NCBI GenBank assembly: GCA_903832395.1
Contig: CAILBF010000149.1
Span: 1-60,671 of the forward strand
Direction of reading: 5' to 3'
DNA: 60,671 bases
Source: an uncultured Actinomycetes bacterium
GTDB taxonomy: Bacteria > Actinomycetota > Actinomycetes > Nanopelagicales > Nanopelagicaceae
Shown here: one piece after another, positions 28,921 to 37,938 of the stretch
Position numbering within the stretch: the first letter of the stretch is position 1
Layout: every line of letters starts with the position of its first letter
Position numbers and translations under genes: made by a program
Notes under the pieces: generated by a model
Database searches by the model: none
Seen by the model: the letters and a program-made list of their open reading frames with translations, nothing else
What the model was told of the DNA's origin: nothing

Positions 28921-29153
28921 GAAATCTCCCTTGCCACTTTCTAATGCAGGAATGTCCTGCATTAGTTGCCGAACTCACTAAGGACTAACTACATACCAAC
29001 TTTTTCCATCTTTTAGTCTGGTTGCTAACCCTCGTTTCACAACCAAACCCTGCTCGTACTGGGGTAACCCCCATACATCCTAAGTAAACCCTCGATTACC
29101 GAAGATATTCCCGAGTTAGAGGGAAAAATAGGCTAGGCGCGCAGCCCTGTCGA

Positions 29154-29200
29154 CTGTGCAATTCCACAATAATTCAACTGTTGCTTGTTATGCAGCATAA
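29154..29200. promoter_or_regulatory. Paired putative PucR boxes for the peptide-ABC/LLM operon
   Basis: CTGT-GCAATTCC-ACAA (29154-29169) and TTGT-TATGCAGC-ATAA (29185-29200), 31 bp apart. Confidence 0.58.
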
Positions 29201-29204
29201 TTTT

Positions 29205-29232
29205 GGGAGTTCGGGCGGCAACCCGAACTCCC
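29205..29232 (-). terminator. GC-rich hairpin just downstream of the MmgE/PrpD gene
   Basis: 11-bp stem GGGAGTTCGGG/CCCGAACTCCC, 8 nt after the stop; no U-tract. Confidence 0.55.
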
Positions 29233-29240
29233 CCAAATCG

Positions 29241-30602
29241 CTACTTGGATAGCAGCGCCAAGAGCTCAGAAATCCGTGGTTGCTCCTCGAGCTGTAAGAC
29301 AAAGTCGATAATCGACTGCGAACGGGCCTGGCCCACAACTGGAGAGGCGAGAACCCGAAACTTCTTGACAATTCGATCGAGCCTTTGCGATGGATCTAGA
29401 TATCGAATATCTACATCACGCTGAATTATCTCACCATTAGTGAGCGTGACGATCGCTCTGGCTTCAGTCCAATCCAGCGGTGTCTTACTAAAGACGCCAA
29501 TAATTGAGATTTTCTCAGCCACGGAATGGTATTCGGGGCTCTTGAGTCGATCTTCAGTGTAAGTATCGAGTGAACTTGTATCCCAACCCAACACTGTATA
29601 GGCGACGCAGGCTCGCGCACTGAACTTGGACTCCAGCGCTGTTGTAGGCCTGTCAATATTCCAATCAGACATGCTCATGCCATCAGGAACCTCAATCACA
29701 ATCGAATCAATTTCCTCGGGTTGCAGTGGTCGACTTTCAAGAACGGCGGCCATCGCTTCAATCGGTGAATGAGTTCCGTGACATGAAGCGTGGAACTTGA
29801 AGAGCACATTGTGAATTGGATGCTTGCCACCCTCTACTAATCCATTGGCATTAAAGTTCTCGCCAACAAACATTTCACCGAAGCCTCGCTTACCTTCAAT
29901 GATATCTGGATATGTAGTGAAGCCATTGGCTGAAAGTCGCGCCGCCATTACTCCGCGGGAGGCAGCCATGCCGGCCTGAAGTGACTTAGCCATTGAACCC
30001 CATGCCCACTTCAGCCCTGAGCCCTGAACTCCAGCAAGTCCTAGTGCTATTTCAACTTGCTCGACATTTAAATTTAAAAGGCGAGCGCAGCCAGCGGCGG
30101 CGCCGAATACTCCAATCACTCCGGTGCCATGCCATGCACGCAAGTCCACCCAGGGATTAGTCATCTCATCGATACGAAGTTCGCACTCAAGTCCTGCAAG
30201 GAATGCAGATAAAAATTCATAACCAGTTTTCTCAAGCTCCTCCGCAAGGGCTAGGACTGCGGGTGCAACTGGCGCGGTAACGTGGGCTTGTAGTCCCGAG
30301 TCGTCATACTCAATCGCATGTCCTGCAGTGCCGTTGATAAGTGCGGCATCCCCAGTAGTGGCAACAAACTCCCTGCGGCCAAGAAGCGAAACTCCCTCAG
30401 AAGTTGCGCCTACTGTCTCAACAAGACGATCAACTAAATCTTCTGCGCTGCCGGCCAAGGTTGAACCTATCCAGTCTAGAAGACAGCACTTGGCTATCTC
30501 CAATACCTCTCTGTCAACATCCTCTAGACGTAAATTCACGACACCATGCGCTAGACGACGGGTAGCTCCGACATCGCCTCTTTCAATATTTTTATCACTC
30601 AT
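29241..30602 (-). CDS. MmgE/PrpD family protein
   Basis: AALINGTAGHA.EYDD, WHGTGV.G.FGAA, KSLQAG and KFHASCH.TH motifs. Start refined to leaderless ATG 30602 (-10 TATGTT, 6 nt upstream). Confidence 0.88.
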   Translation of the reverse strand: MSDKNIERGDVGATRRLAHGVVNLRLEDVDREVLEIAKCCLLDWIGSTLAGSAEDLVDRLVETVGATSEGVSLLGRREFVATTGDAALINGTAGHAIEYDDSGLQAHVTAPVAPAVLALAEELEKTGYEFLSAFLAGLECELRIDEMTNPWVDLRAWHGTGVIGVFGAAAGCARLLNLNVEQVEIALGLAGVQGSGLKWAWGSMAKSLQAGMAASRGVMAARLSANGFTTYPDIIEGKRGFGEMFVGENFNANGLVEGGKHPIHNVLFKFHASCHGTHSPIEAMAAVLESRPLQPEEIDSIVIEVPDGMSMSDWNIDRPTTALESKFSARACVAYTVLGWDTSSLDTYTEDRLKSPEYHSVAEKISIIGVFSKTPLDWTEARAIVTLTNGEIIQRDVDIRYLDPSQRLDRIVKKFRVLASPVVGQARSQSIIDFVLQLEEQPRISELLALLSK

Positions 30603-30636
30603 GGAGCAAACATAGTCAGACTGCGCTTTTATGCAA

Positions 30637-30686
30637 TTGGCCTCAGCCACGAATTATGAGGATGAATAAGTTCGTCAGAACCACGA
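30637..30686. promoter_or_regulatory. Putative PucR boxes upstream of MmgE/PrpD
   Basis: TTGG-CCTCAGCC-ACGA (30637-30652) and TTCG-TCAGAACC-ACGA (30671-30686). Confidence 0.45.
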
Positions 30687-30715
30687 GAGTGCCTTGATAG
30701 TTTAGTAATAGATAT

Positions 30716-31018
30716 TCAGACTGCCGAGCGAACAATGCATATAGCTTCAGCTGCCAGTCCAGAGGATTCTGATATCGCGAAGCTGAGTCTGCGAAGTAAC
30801 TCTTCCTCTTGTTCAGCGGTTCGAGCTTCACCTGCAACATGCACCAAGCAGCCTTGTGCACCTAATGGCGCAGATTCACCGATATGTACCTGAGCGGCCA
30901 CATAGGTGTTTGGAATATCAAAGACCTCTGCCGCGACGGTGACACATGCATCGGCTATAGCCAATTGATCAATAGCTTTTAGCGGGTCAGAGGGAATGAA
31001 CACAACGATCCAGGGCAT
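30716..31018 (-). CDS. Tautomerase-superfamily protein (Pro1, two beta-alpha-beta units)
   Basis: Starts M-P; the second half ARTAEQEEELLRRLS.AI...GL...I.I resembles the 4-OT repeat. Confidence 0.6.
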   Translation of the reverse strand: MPWIVVFIPSDPLKAIDQLAIADACVTVAAEVFDIPNTYVAAQVHIGESAPLGAQGCLVHVAGEARTAEQEEELLRRLSFAISESSGLAAEAICIVRSAV

Positions 31019-31027
31019 GATTAAAAC

Positions 31028-32131
31028 TTAACCGAGAGAGAAATCAATGACGCCGCGGATATTTTTCCCATCATGCAAGTCGCGATAACCTTCGTTGACT
31101 TGGTCGAGGCGATAGCTCTGTGTGATTAGCTCGTCGAGTTTAAGTTTCCCTGACATGTACATCGCTGCCATTCGCGGAATATCAAGGTGCGGATTCAGGC
31201 CACCAAAAATTGCACCTTGCACCCGTTTTTGCCACGACGTTAATGTCGATCCATTGAGTTGGATCGTGTCTCCGTTTCCATGACCAGTTAAGACCAATGT
31301 CCCACCCTTGCGGGTTGCATCAAAGGCCGCTCTAACGTGCTCGGGTTTAACCACATCTATTGTCACAATTGTGACGTCAGCATTTACGCCACGTGTTAAT
31401 TCATCCAGCAGCGCAGGGACTTCATCGATTCGTGCAAGTACGTGCGTTGCACCAAACTCAATCGCCTTTTCGCGTTTAAACAGAACGGGGTCCACTGCAA
31501 TTACTGATCGAGCACCGGCCAAAGCGGCACCTTGTACTGCATTCATACCAACACCGCCAGCGCCATAGATAACGACAGTGTCACCGACCTTAACTTCTCC
31601 AGCTTTAACTGCGCTGCCGTAACCCGTTGGCACTCCGCAGGCAAGAAGTGCCGCCGCAGCCAATGGCATCTCATCTGGGACTTTCACCGCGGCATCTTCT
31701 GGAACAATGACTAACTCCGACCATGTTCCAGTGATCTGTCCATAGTCGGTCGCACCATCATGGAATCGAAAACTGCCATCGGGTAAACAGCCGATTGCAA
31801 AGTTACTACCCGTGTCACATAAATTGCCGTGGCCGGATGCGCAGAAAGAACACTGTCCGCATTGTGCAAGAAAAGCTACGACAACATGATCCCCTGGCTT
31901 GAGTCGGTGCGTACCCTCACCAACTGCCTCTACAACTCCTGCCCCCTCGTGGCCCAAAACTGCAGGTAGTCGTACATCGAAGTTACCAAGACGACTGATC
32001 TCATCAGAGTGACATAAGCCGGAGTAAGCCATTCGAACGAGCACTTCACCCTTACGTGGAGGATCAATCTCTAGCTCCACGATTTCATAATCGGAGCCAA
32101 ACTTTCGAAGCACTGCAGCTTTAGTTTTCAT
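31028..32131 (-). CDS. Zn-dependent alcohol dehydrogenase, NDMA-dependent (nicotinoprotein) type
   Basis: MKTKAA, GLCHSD, GHEG, CGQC.FC..G..NLC, CGVPTG.G and GKNIRGVI motifs. Confidence 0.85.
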   Translation of the reverse strand: MKTKAAVLRKFGSDYEIVELEIDPPRKGEVLVRMAYSGLCHSDEISRLGNFDVRLPAVLGHEGAGVVEAVGEGTHRLKPGDHVVVAFLAQCGQCSFCASGHGNLCDTGSNFAIGCLPDGSFRFHDGATDYGQITGTWSELVIVPEDAAVKVPDEMPLAAAALLACGVPTGYGSAVKAGEVKVGDTVVIYGAGGVGMNAVQGAALAGARSVIAVDPVLFKREKAIEFGATHVLARIDEVPALLDELTRGVNADVTIVTIDVVKPEHVRAAFDATRKGGTLVLTGHGNGDTIQLNGSTLTSWQKRVQGAIFGGLNPHLDIPRMAAMYMSGKLKLDELITQSYRLDQVNEGYRDLHDGKNIRGVIDFSLG

Positions 32132-33657
32132 TGAGGTCCGCCTTTCGTAATTAAGCTCTCTGGAAGTTGCATTCCCGGGTCAATGGAAATTGCTTTAGTC
32201 ACTAGATAGCCCTCAAAACCAGCAACACCATGTTCGCGTCCATAACCGGAGTTCTTCACGCCACCGAATGGTGCACTGAAATCAACTGCTGAAGTATTTA
32301 CGGAGAAGGATCCAACACGGATACTTCTTGCTACCTCGAAACCACGATCGATGTTGGACGTATAGACGGTTCCGTAGAGTCCATATGCACTCTCATTGGC
32401 AATTCTTATCGCCTCAGTTTCGTCATCATAAGGAATAAGCACCGTTACTGGTCCGAAAACTTCTTCTTGTGAAATCCTCATGTCATTTGTGGCATTAGTT
32501 ATTAAAGTCGGTTCAACAAACCATCCGCGATCTTGGGAAGCCGGAATTCCTCCACCCACTGCGATATGGGCACCTTCTAGACGTGCCGAATCTATAAGCG
32601 CCAATACTCGATCTCGATGTTTCTCTGAGATGAGGGGGCCAACTTGCGTGCTCGGCTCATGTGGGTCACCTACAACAAGTGCGCTAATCGCATCCCTTAG
32701 TCGAGAGGCAATCTCGTCATAATGCTTACGGGGCGCGAGAATGCGGCTAATGCAGGCGCAGTTCTGGCCAGACATTGTGCCAACGCTAGAGATCACTAAA
32801 TGTCGTACTGCTTGTTCAAGATCGGCGTCGTTAAGAATTATGCCAGCCGACTTTCCCCCAAGTTCAAGGACAACTGGGCGAACAAGTCGCCCGCAAATCG
32901 CTGCAACTTTTGCTCCGACGGCATTCGAACCTGTAAAAGAAACAAGATCAACATCCTTATGTCCCACTAAATGCTCTGACGCAGCTGGGCCTGCGGCAAT
33001 AATATTTACAACTCCTGGTGGAAATCCCGCTTCACTGATCAGATCACCAAGTGCGAAGACTGCAAGTGGATCGGGCTCGGGAACTTTCACGACCACTGTG
33101 CATCCCGCGACGAGCGCCCCGGCAACCTTTTGACCGAAGGAGGGAAAGGGAAAGTTGTAGGCAAAGATTGCTGCAACTACTCCAACGGGTTCTTTAACAA
33201 GTAGATGCTGACCGGCATACATACTTCCAAGACCAGCGCCTCCATATGGAGTTGGGTCCGATGAGTGCAGCGTCGCAAATGAATACTGTTCACCTAGGTC
33301 GGCGTAATAGTTCAGAAGAAGCGATGGCGCCAAAGCTTGGTAATACTCGGCAGTTGGTCTATCGCATGCTAACTCGTCAACGATTAGTTCAGTGAACTCT
33401 TCACGCCGCTCGGTAATGAGAACTGCAAGACGTCGGCACATGGCTGCGCGTTCTGCAACAGGCCGTCTTGCCCAATCGCTCTCATGAAAGGTTCGCCGGG
33501 CAGCCTCTACTGCGGTATCAATTTCGGCAGTTGTAGCAACAGGAACATAACCGATTTTTTCACCAGTTGTAGGTGAGATAACTTCGAACCTTTCTTCTGA
33601 CTGCGCACTCTGCCAACGGCCGTCTATGTAGAATCCCGAGTACTCCCGATTAAGCAT
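32128..33657 (-). CDS. Aldehyde dehydrogenase
   Basis: YNFP, FTGS, LELGGKSA, GQNC and EEVFGPV motifs. Confidence 0.92.
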   Translation of the reverse strand: MLNREYSGFYIDGRWQSAQSEERFEVISPTTGEKIGYVPVATTAEIDTAVEAARRTFHESDWARRPVAERAAMCRRLAVLITERREEFTELIVDELACDRPTAEYYQALAPSLLLNYYADLGEQYSFATLHSSDPTPYGGAGLGSMYAGQHLLVKEPVGVVAAIFAYNFPFPSFGQKVAGALVAGCTVVVKVPEPDPLAVFALGDLISEAGFPPGVVNIIAAGPAASEHLVGHKDVDLVSFTGSNAVGAKVAAICGRLVRPVVLELGGKSAGIILNDADLEQAVRHLVISSVGTMSGQNCACISRILAPRKHYDEIASRLRDAISALVVGDPHEPSTQVGPLISEKHRDRVLALIDSARLEGAHIAVGGGIPASQDRGWFVEPTLITNATNDMRISQEEVFGPVTVLIPYDDETEAIRIANESAYGLYGTVYTSNIDRGFEVARSIRVGSFSVNTSAVDFSAPFGGVKNSGYGREHGVAGFEGYLVTKAISIDPGMQLPESLITKGGPQ

Positions 33658-33693
33658 GAAACTCCTCCCACATAATTGATTTCGCTCTTTCTA

Positions 33694-34803
33694 TCACAGA
33701 GTGAAGTCGATGACACCTCGGATATTCTTACCGGCATGCAAATCTGCGTAACCCTCGTTCACCTGATCGAGTGTGTATCGCTGAGTAATGAGTTCATCGA
33801 GTTTGAGTCGACCTGCCTGATATAACTCAATGAGGCGCGGAATATCAGATTGTGGATTCACTCCACCATATACTGCGCCTCGAACTGTCTTATGCCACCA
33901 TGCAAGAATTGTGCCGGGCAGAGAAACGGTATTAACATCCATCGATCCGGCCGTTCCAGTGACAACTACTGTGCCGCCTTTTCGAATCGCGTCGAATGCA
34001 GAGCGAATGTGTGATGCTTCAACCCAGTTAGTTGTCACGACCGCAACATCGGCACCAACACCTCGAGTTAACTCCGTCAATAATTTCTGCGCGTCGTCAG
34101 TATTTGATACAGCATGTGTGGCGCCAACTTCTAAAGACTTCTCTTGTTTGAATGCGACAGGATCGACAGCGATTACATAACGCGCACCAGCAATTACTGC
34201 ACCTTGGACTGCATTTATTCCGACGCCGCCTGTACCGATTACCATGACTGTATCGCCAGGTTTAACTCCACCGACGATGACAGAACTTCCCCACCCGGTA
34301 GGTACACAACAGCTCAAGAGTGCCGCTACATCCAATGGAATCTCTTTCGGAATTACCACGACTGAATGCTCAGAGACGGTGACACGTTCTGTGAATGTTC
34401 CCGGCATGCCGCCGACATCATTAGCGCCGTCGTGGAAGCGAAATGTTCCATCGAGTAGACCGCCCACGGTCATGATCCCGCCGTAGTCGCAAAGATTGCT
34501 CTGCCCCGATGCACAGAATCGGCATTGTCCGCATGTAGGGCTAAATACAAGAACCACATGATCACCAGGCTTGATTTGTGTAACACCTTCACCGACTGCT
34601 TCAACAACGGCTGAGCCTTCATGGCCGGCCACTGCTGGCAAACGAACAACAGTTAGTCCTGACCTGACCATGTCATCGGAATGGCACAAACCAGCTGCGG
34701 CCATACGCAGTTGGACCTCACCACGTTTAGGAGCATCGAGTTCTAACTCAACAATTTCCCATGGACCGTTATTTCCGCGAACGATGGCTGCTCTAGTTTT
34801 CAT
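33694..34803 (-). CDS. Zn-dependent alcohol dehydrogenase, NDMA-dependent type (paralogue of 31028-32131)
   Basis: MKTRAA, GLCHSD, GHEG, structural Zn Cys cluster, CCVPTGWG and GKNIRGVI motifs. Confidence 0.85.
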   Translation of the reverse strand: MKTRAAIVRGNNGPWEIVELELDAPKRGEVQLRMAAAGLCHSDDMVRSGLTVVRLPAVAGHEGSAVVEAVGEGVTQIKPGDHVVLVFSPTCGQCRFCASGQSNLCDYGGIMTVGGLLDGTFRFHDGANDVGGMPGTFTERVTVSEHSVVVIPKEIPLDVAALLSCCVPTGWGSSVIVGGVKPGDTVMVIGTGGVGINAVQGAVIAGARYVIAVDPVAFKQEKSLEVGATHAVSNTDDAQKLLTELTRGVGADVAVVTTNWVEASHIRSAFDAIRKGGTVVVTGTAGSMDVNTVSLPGTILAWWHKTVRGAVYGGVNPQSDIPRLIELYQAGRLKLDELITQRYTLDQVNEGYADLHAGKNIRGVIDFTL

Positions 34804-34903
34804 TTTCTTTGGCTCCCGTCAAAGTCAATCACGCACAAATAATCCGGCCTGCGAATTCCTGCCGTATTTGCGCAGAGTAGGCGGTGATAGGTGTGTTCTT
34901 CCA

Positions 34904-34950
34904 CTGGTTCCACACATAACTTAAGCCGTTAAATGTGTGCCGTAGAACTA
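34904..34950. promoter_or_regulatory. Paired putative PucR boxes for the ADH-ALDH-ADH-tautomerase operon
   Basis: CTGG-TTCCACAC-ATAA (34904-34919) and GTGT-GCCGTAGA-ACTA (34935-34950), 31 bp apart. A minus-strand -10 (TACTCT) is at 34874-34879. Confidence 0.48.
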
Positions 34951-36087
34951 CGCTAACCATGCATCGGCTCGTGCGCGCCCTTGGCCAAGTCGATCTGGAG
35001 CGGCAGTCGGCATTGGCGCGCAGTTTTCGGGAGCAAAAAGCATCGCCGATCTAGTTGTCAGATAGCGATCTGACTCCGGCCCAATCTCCTGAAAAAATCC
35101 TACGGCCTTGAGGTGCTCATCATCGAATAACTCATCCAGCGAACTCACTCGTGCCACTGGAATATCTAGATCATTTAAAAGATTTAACCAATATTCTGAA
35201 CTGCGAGTCACTAGTTCGTCAGCGAGAAAACTATATAGACCGTCGGTATTTTTGCTACGGGCCTCAGTCGTTCCATATTCTTCGCTCTCTAAAATATCAT
35301 TACGACCTACTGCCTCTAAGAAGCGACGCCAATGACCTTCATGATAAACAACGACGGAGATGACACCATCTAGTGTGCGATAGGGACGTCGATGTGGTGA
35401 TCGCAAACGCGCATATGCGGTTGGCCCACTTGAAGGTATAAAAGCGCGACCACCCCACTGCTCCATGAGGTTGAACCCAACCATCGTTTCATACATAGGA
35501 ACTTCGATTGCTTGACCCTTACCTGACTTCTCTCGAGCAAAAAGCGCTGACACAAGTGCAATTGCTCCACTCAGTCCGGTGACTTTGTCAGCTATTGCAG
35601 TTGCAACATAAGTAGGTTCAGTGTGAAGGCCTTGCAACCAAGCAAGTCCACTCATACCTTGTATCGTGTCATCATAAGCCGGCCGGCCGGCATATGGACC
35701 ATCTGTGCCATAGCCAGTGATTGCGAGATAAATAATCTTTGGATTGATTGACATCACTTCATCGACACCGATACCAACGCGATCGGCTGCTTGTGGGCGC
35801 ATGTTGTGTACAACAACGTCGGCTTTAATAATTAATTGATTCAAGTACGCGCGATCAATTGGATTCTTCAGATCGAGTTCAATACTTGCCTTACCGATGT
35901 TTGCGGCAATATAAACACTAGCCATACCTGGCTCGCGATTAATACCCAGACCTCTAGTGATGTCGCCACCCGGTGCCTCTACTTTAATTACGTCCGCTCC
36001 TAAATCGACAAGCTGTTTTGTGCAATACGGTCCTGAGAACGTTGTCGAGAAATCGAGGACTCGAACTCCCTCGAGAGGCCCACTCAC
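34948..36087 (-). CDS. CaiB/BaiF class III CoA-transferase
   Basis: PLEGVRVLDF, GADVIKVE, HNMRP, RPAYDD.IQ and IADKVTG (catalytic Asp) motifs. Confidence 0.92.
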   Translation of the reverse strand: MSGPLEGVRVLDFSTTFSGPYCTKQLVDLGADVIKVEAPGGDITRGLGINREPGMASVYIAANIGKASIELDLKNPIDRAYLNQLIIKADVVVHNMRPQAADRVGIGVDEVMSINPKIIYLAITGYGTDGPYAGRPAYDDTIQGMSGLAWLQGLHTEPTYVATAIADKVTGLSGAIALVSALFAREKSGKGQAIEVPMYETMVGFNLMEQWGGRAFIPSSGPTAYARLRSPHRRPYRTLDGVISVVVYHEGHWRRFLEAVGRNDILESEEYGTTEARSKNTDGLYSFLADELVTRSSEYWLNLLNDLDIPVARVSSLDELFDDEHLKAVGFFQEIGPESDRYLTTRSAMLFAPENCAPMPTAAPDRLGQGRARADAWLA

Positions 36088-36878
36088 TTGTCTAAATCGA
36101 GCTTCGGCGCAACAGGTCGCTCATCCCATCCTTGACTCTGCTTGCGACCAAGTGACCACATCTGCATCCCTCGCTCCACCTCAATGGCAGCCGGCCAGGA
36201 TAATCCCGGAGACTCGAGTTCTATACGAGCCGAACTTTTAATTTTGCGTACGAGCAATGGATCATTTGCAGCAAGCTGGCACATTTGGCGCGCAAAAGAC
36301 AGTAATTTTTCGGCAGGTAAAGCGCCCCATGCAAGACCATGTGTAACGGCTTGTTCGCCAGTAAGTGCTGCGCCTAAGGCAGCCATTGCAATTGCCTGTT
36401 GGTAGCCCAAAGAACGTCCGAGGAGTCTTAAGTGCCCGCCACCTGGGTGAATGTTGCGTGCAAGAAAACCGCTATCTAGAACTGCATCAGGCGTAACAAG
36501 GATGATATCGGCGGCCAGTACAAGATTCATTCCTGCGCCAACAGCGCCACCTTCTACGAGTGCAATTGTGGGTACGGGAAGATTTCCAATCTGAACGAAT
36601 GCGCCATACACGGCCGATGTTCGATCCAACGCCTCAGTTGATGCAGGCGCATCCGATGATGCTGCCAAATCTCGAGTATCGGCGCCGCTGCAGAAATAGC
36701 CGCCTTGAGCATCCACAATGACTGCACCGATAGAGGGATCTTTATGAACGCGATCGCAGAAGGCCACAATCTCTTCGGCCATGGAAAGTGTGATTGCATT
36801 CTTTCGACGTGGATTAGATAATGTCAGTCTTGCAATCCCATCTTCGAAGTGAACATCAACATGTCCTGATTCATTCAT
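36084..36878 (-). CDS. Enoyl-CoA hydratase/isomerase family protein
   Basis: P.RKNA, FCSGAD, GGAVGAG and HPGGG motifs. Confidence 0.85.
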   Translation of the reverse strand: MNESGHVDVHFEDGIARLTLSNPRRKNAITLSMAEEIVAFCDRVHKDPSIGAVIVDAQGGYFCSGADTRDLAASSDAPASTEALDRTSAVYGAFVQIGNLPVPTIALVEGGAVGAGMNLVLAADIILVTPDAVLDSGFLARNIHPGGGHLRLLGRSLGYQQAIAMAALGAALTGEQAVTHGLAWGALPAEKLLSFARQMCQLAANDPLLVRKIKSSARIELESPGLSWPAAIEVERGMQMWSLGRKQSQGWDERPVAPKLDLDK

Positions 36879-37938
36879 GTGATTGCCTTTCTTGAGATGA
36901 GTGAGTTCCTGAAAGTTCAGGAGTCCCGGTAATTAATGCCCAAAGATTATTTCCCCGAGCAATTTCTGCAATGCGCCCATACCAGAAACGTTCATTGCCG
37001 TGCTCTTCGCGCCATGCCCACAAGCGAGTTGTGAGTGAGCCGAGGACGTGTTCTCGCGTAAATCCAATAGCACCATGAATCTGATGTGCAGAGGCGGTGA
37101 CTCGCCGAACGAGCGCAGCTGATTCGGCTTTCGCAGCTGCCACCATGAGACCGGCAGTTTCTGGAGAATCATTTAACGCCATAGTGGCAGAAATTGATGC
37201 GACTTGCATTGCCGTTGCATCAGCAGCCATTGCCGCAAGGCCATGCTGAATTACTTGAAATTTCATTAATGGGCGGCCAAATTGTGTACGTTCTAAGGCA
37301 TATTTAGCGCTTTGATCAACAATTGCCGCAGCCGCTCCTGCCGATAATGCAACACGTGAAAGCGCTGCACGAAGCTCCCATGCCGTGGCCGCAGCAATGG
37401 ATAGTGGCGCCTTCTCTAGTGGTAGTACATCGCTGAGTGTGACCGTGTCACGCGCTTCGCCAGCTAAATTCTCTCGAGCTTGAATCTGCACTCCGCTATC
37501 GTGAAGTGAAACAAGATAGAGGAAGGGCTCAGTGCCAATTGCGAGAAGAACAAGAGTTTGGCAATCACGAGCAAAAGGAACAGCTATGAGATCACCACTC
37601 AAGCGACCTTGCGTGATTTGGAGAATTCCTGATGCAGCAGTAAATGTTCCAGATGGCAATGCAATACCTGATTCAGAAAGCGCAGGAGCTGCAATGACGG
37701 TTGCCTCTGCATAAGGAACCCGAGCTGAAAGTAGGCCCTCAAGAACTGTAACCGAGTCGACAAGATCGCCACCTGAGCCACCAACTGACTCTGATGCTCC
37801 TAGTCCAATTAGATCTAGGTCACGAAGTGCATTCCATAAAACTAGATCAAGGGATGCATCAGGAATTGAATCTGTGGCGAGCCGATTAGATACGACAGAG
37901 GCAACAGTTTCGCGAAGTTGATCAAGATAATCACGCAT
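36871..37938 (-). CDS. Acyl-CoA dehydrogenase, short (beta-type) subunit
   Basis: ERTQFGRPL.KFQ.IQ and AHQIHGAIGFT.EH motifs. Start refined to ATG 37938, which overlaps the upstream stop. Confidence 0.85.
   Translation of the reverse strand: MRDYLDQLRETVASVVSNRLATDSIPDASLDLVLWNALRDLDLIGLGASESVGGSGGDLVDSVTVLEGLLSARVPYAEATVIAAPALSESGIALPSGTFTAASGILQITQGRLSGDLIAVPFARDCQTLVLLAIGTEPFLYLVSLHDSGVQIQARENLAGEARDTVTLSDVLPLEKAPLSIAAATAWELRAALSRVALSAGAAAAIVDQSAKYALERTQFGRPLMKFQVIQHGLAAMAADATAMQVASISATMALNDSPETAGLMVAAAKAESAALVRRVTASAHQIHGAIGFTREHVLGSLTTRLWAWREEHGNERFWYGRIAEIARGNNLWALITGTPELSGTHSSQERQSHE

Noticed and set aside
29027-29091. CRISPR array or iterons
   Set aside because: The repeats are only 5-8 nt with ~15-nt gaps, and no cas or rep gene is present
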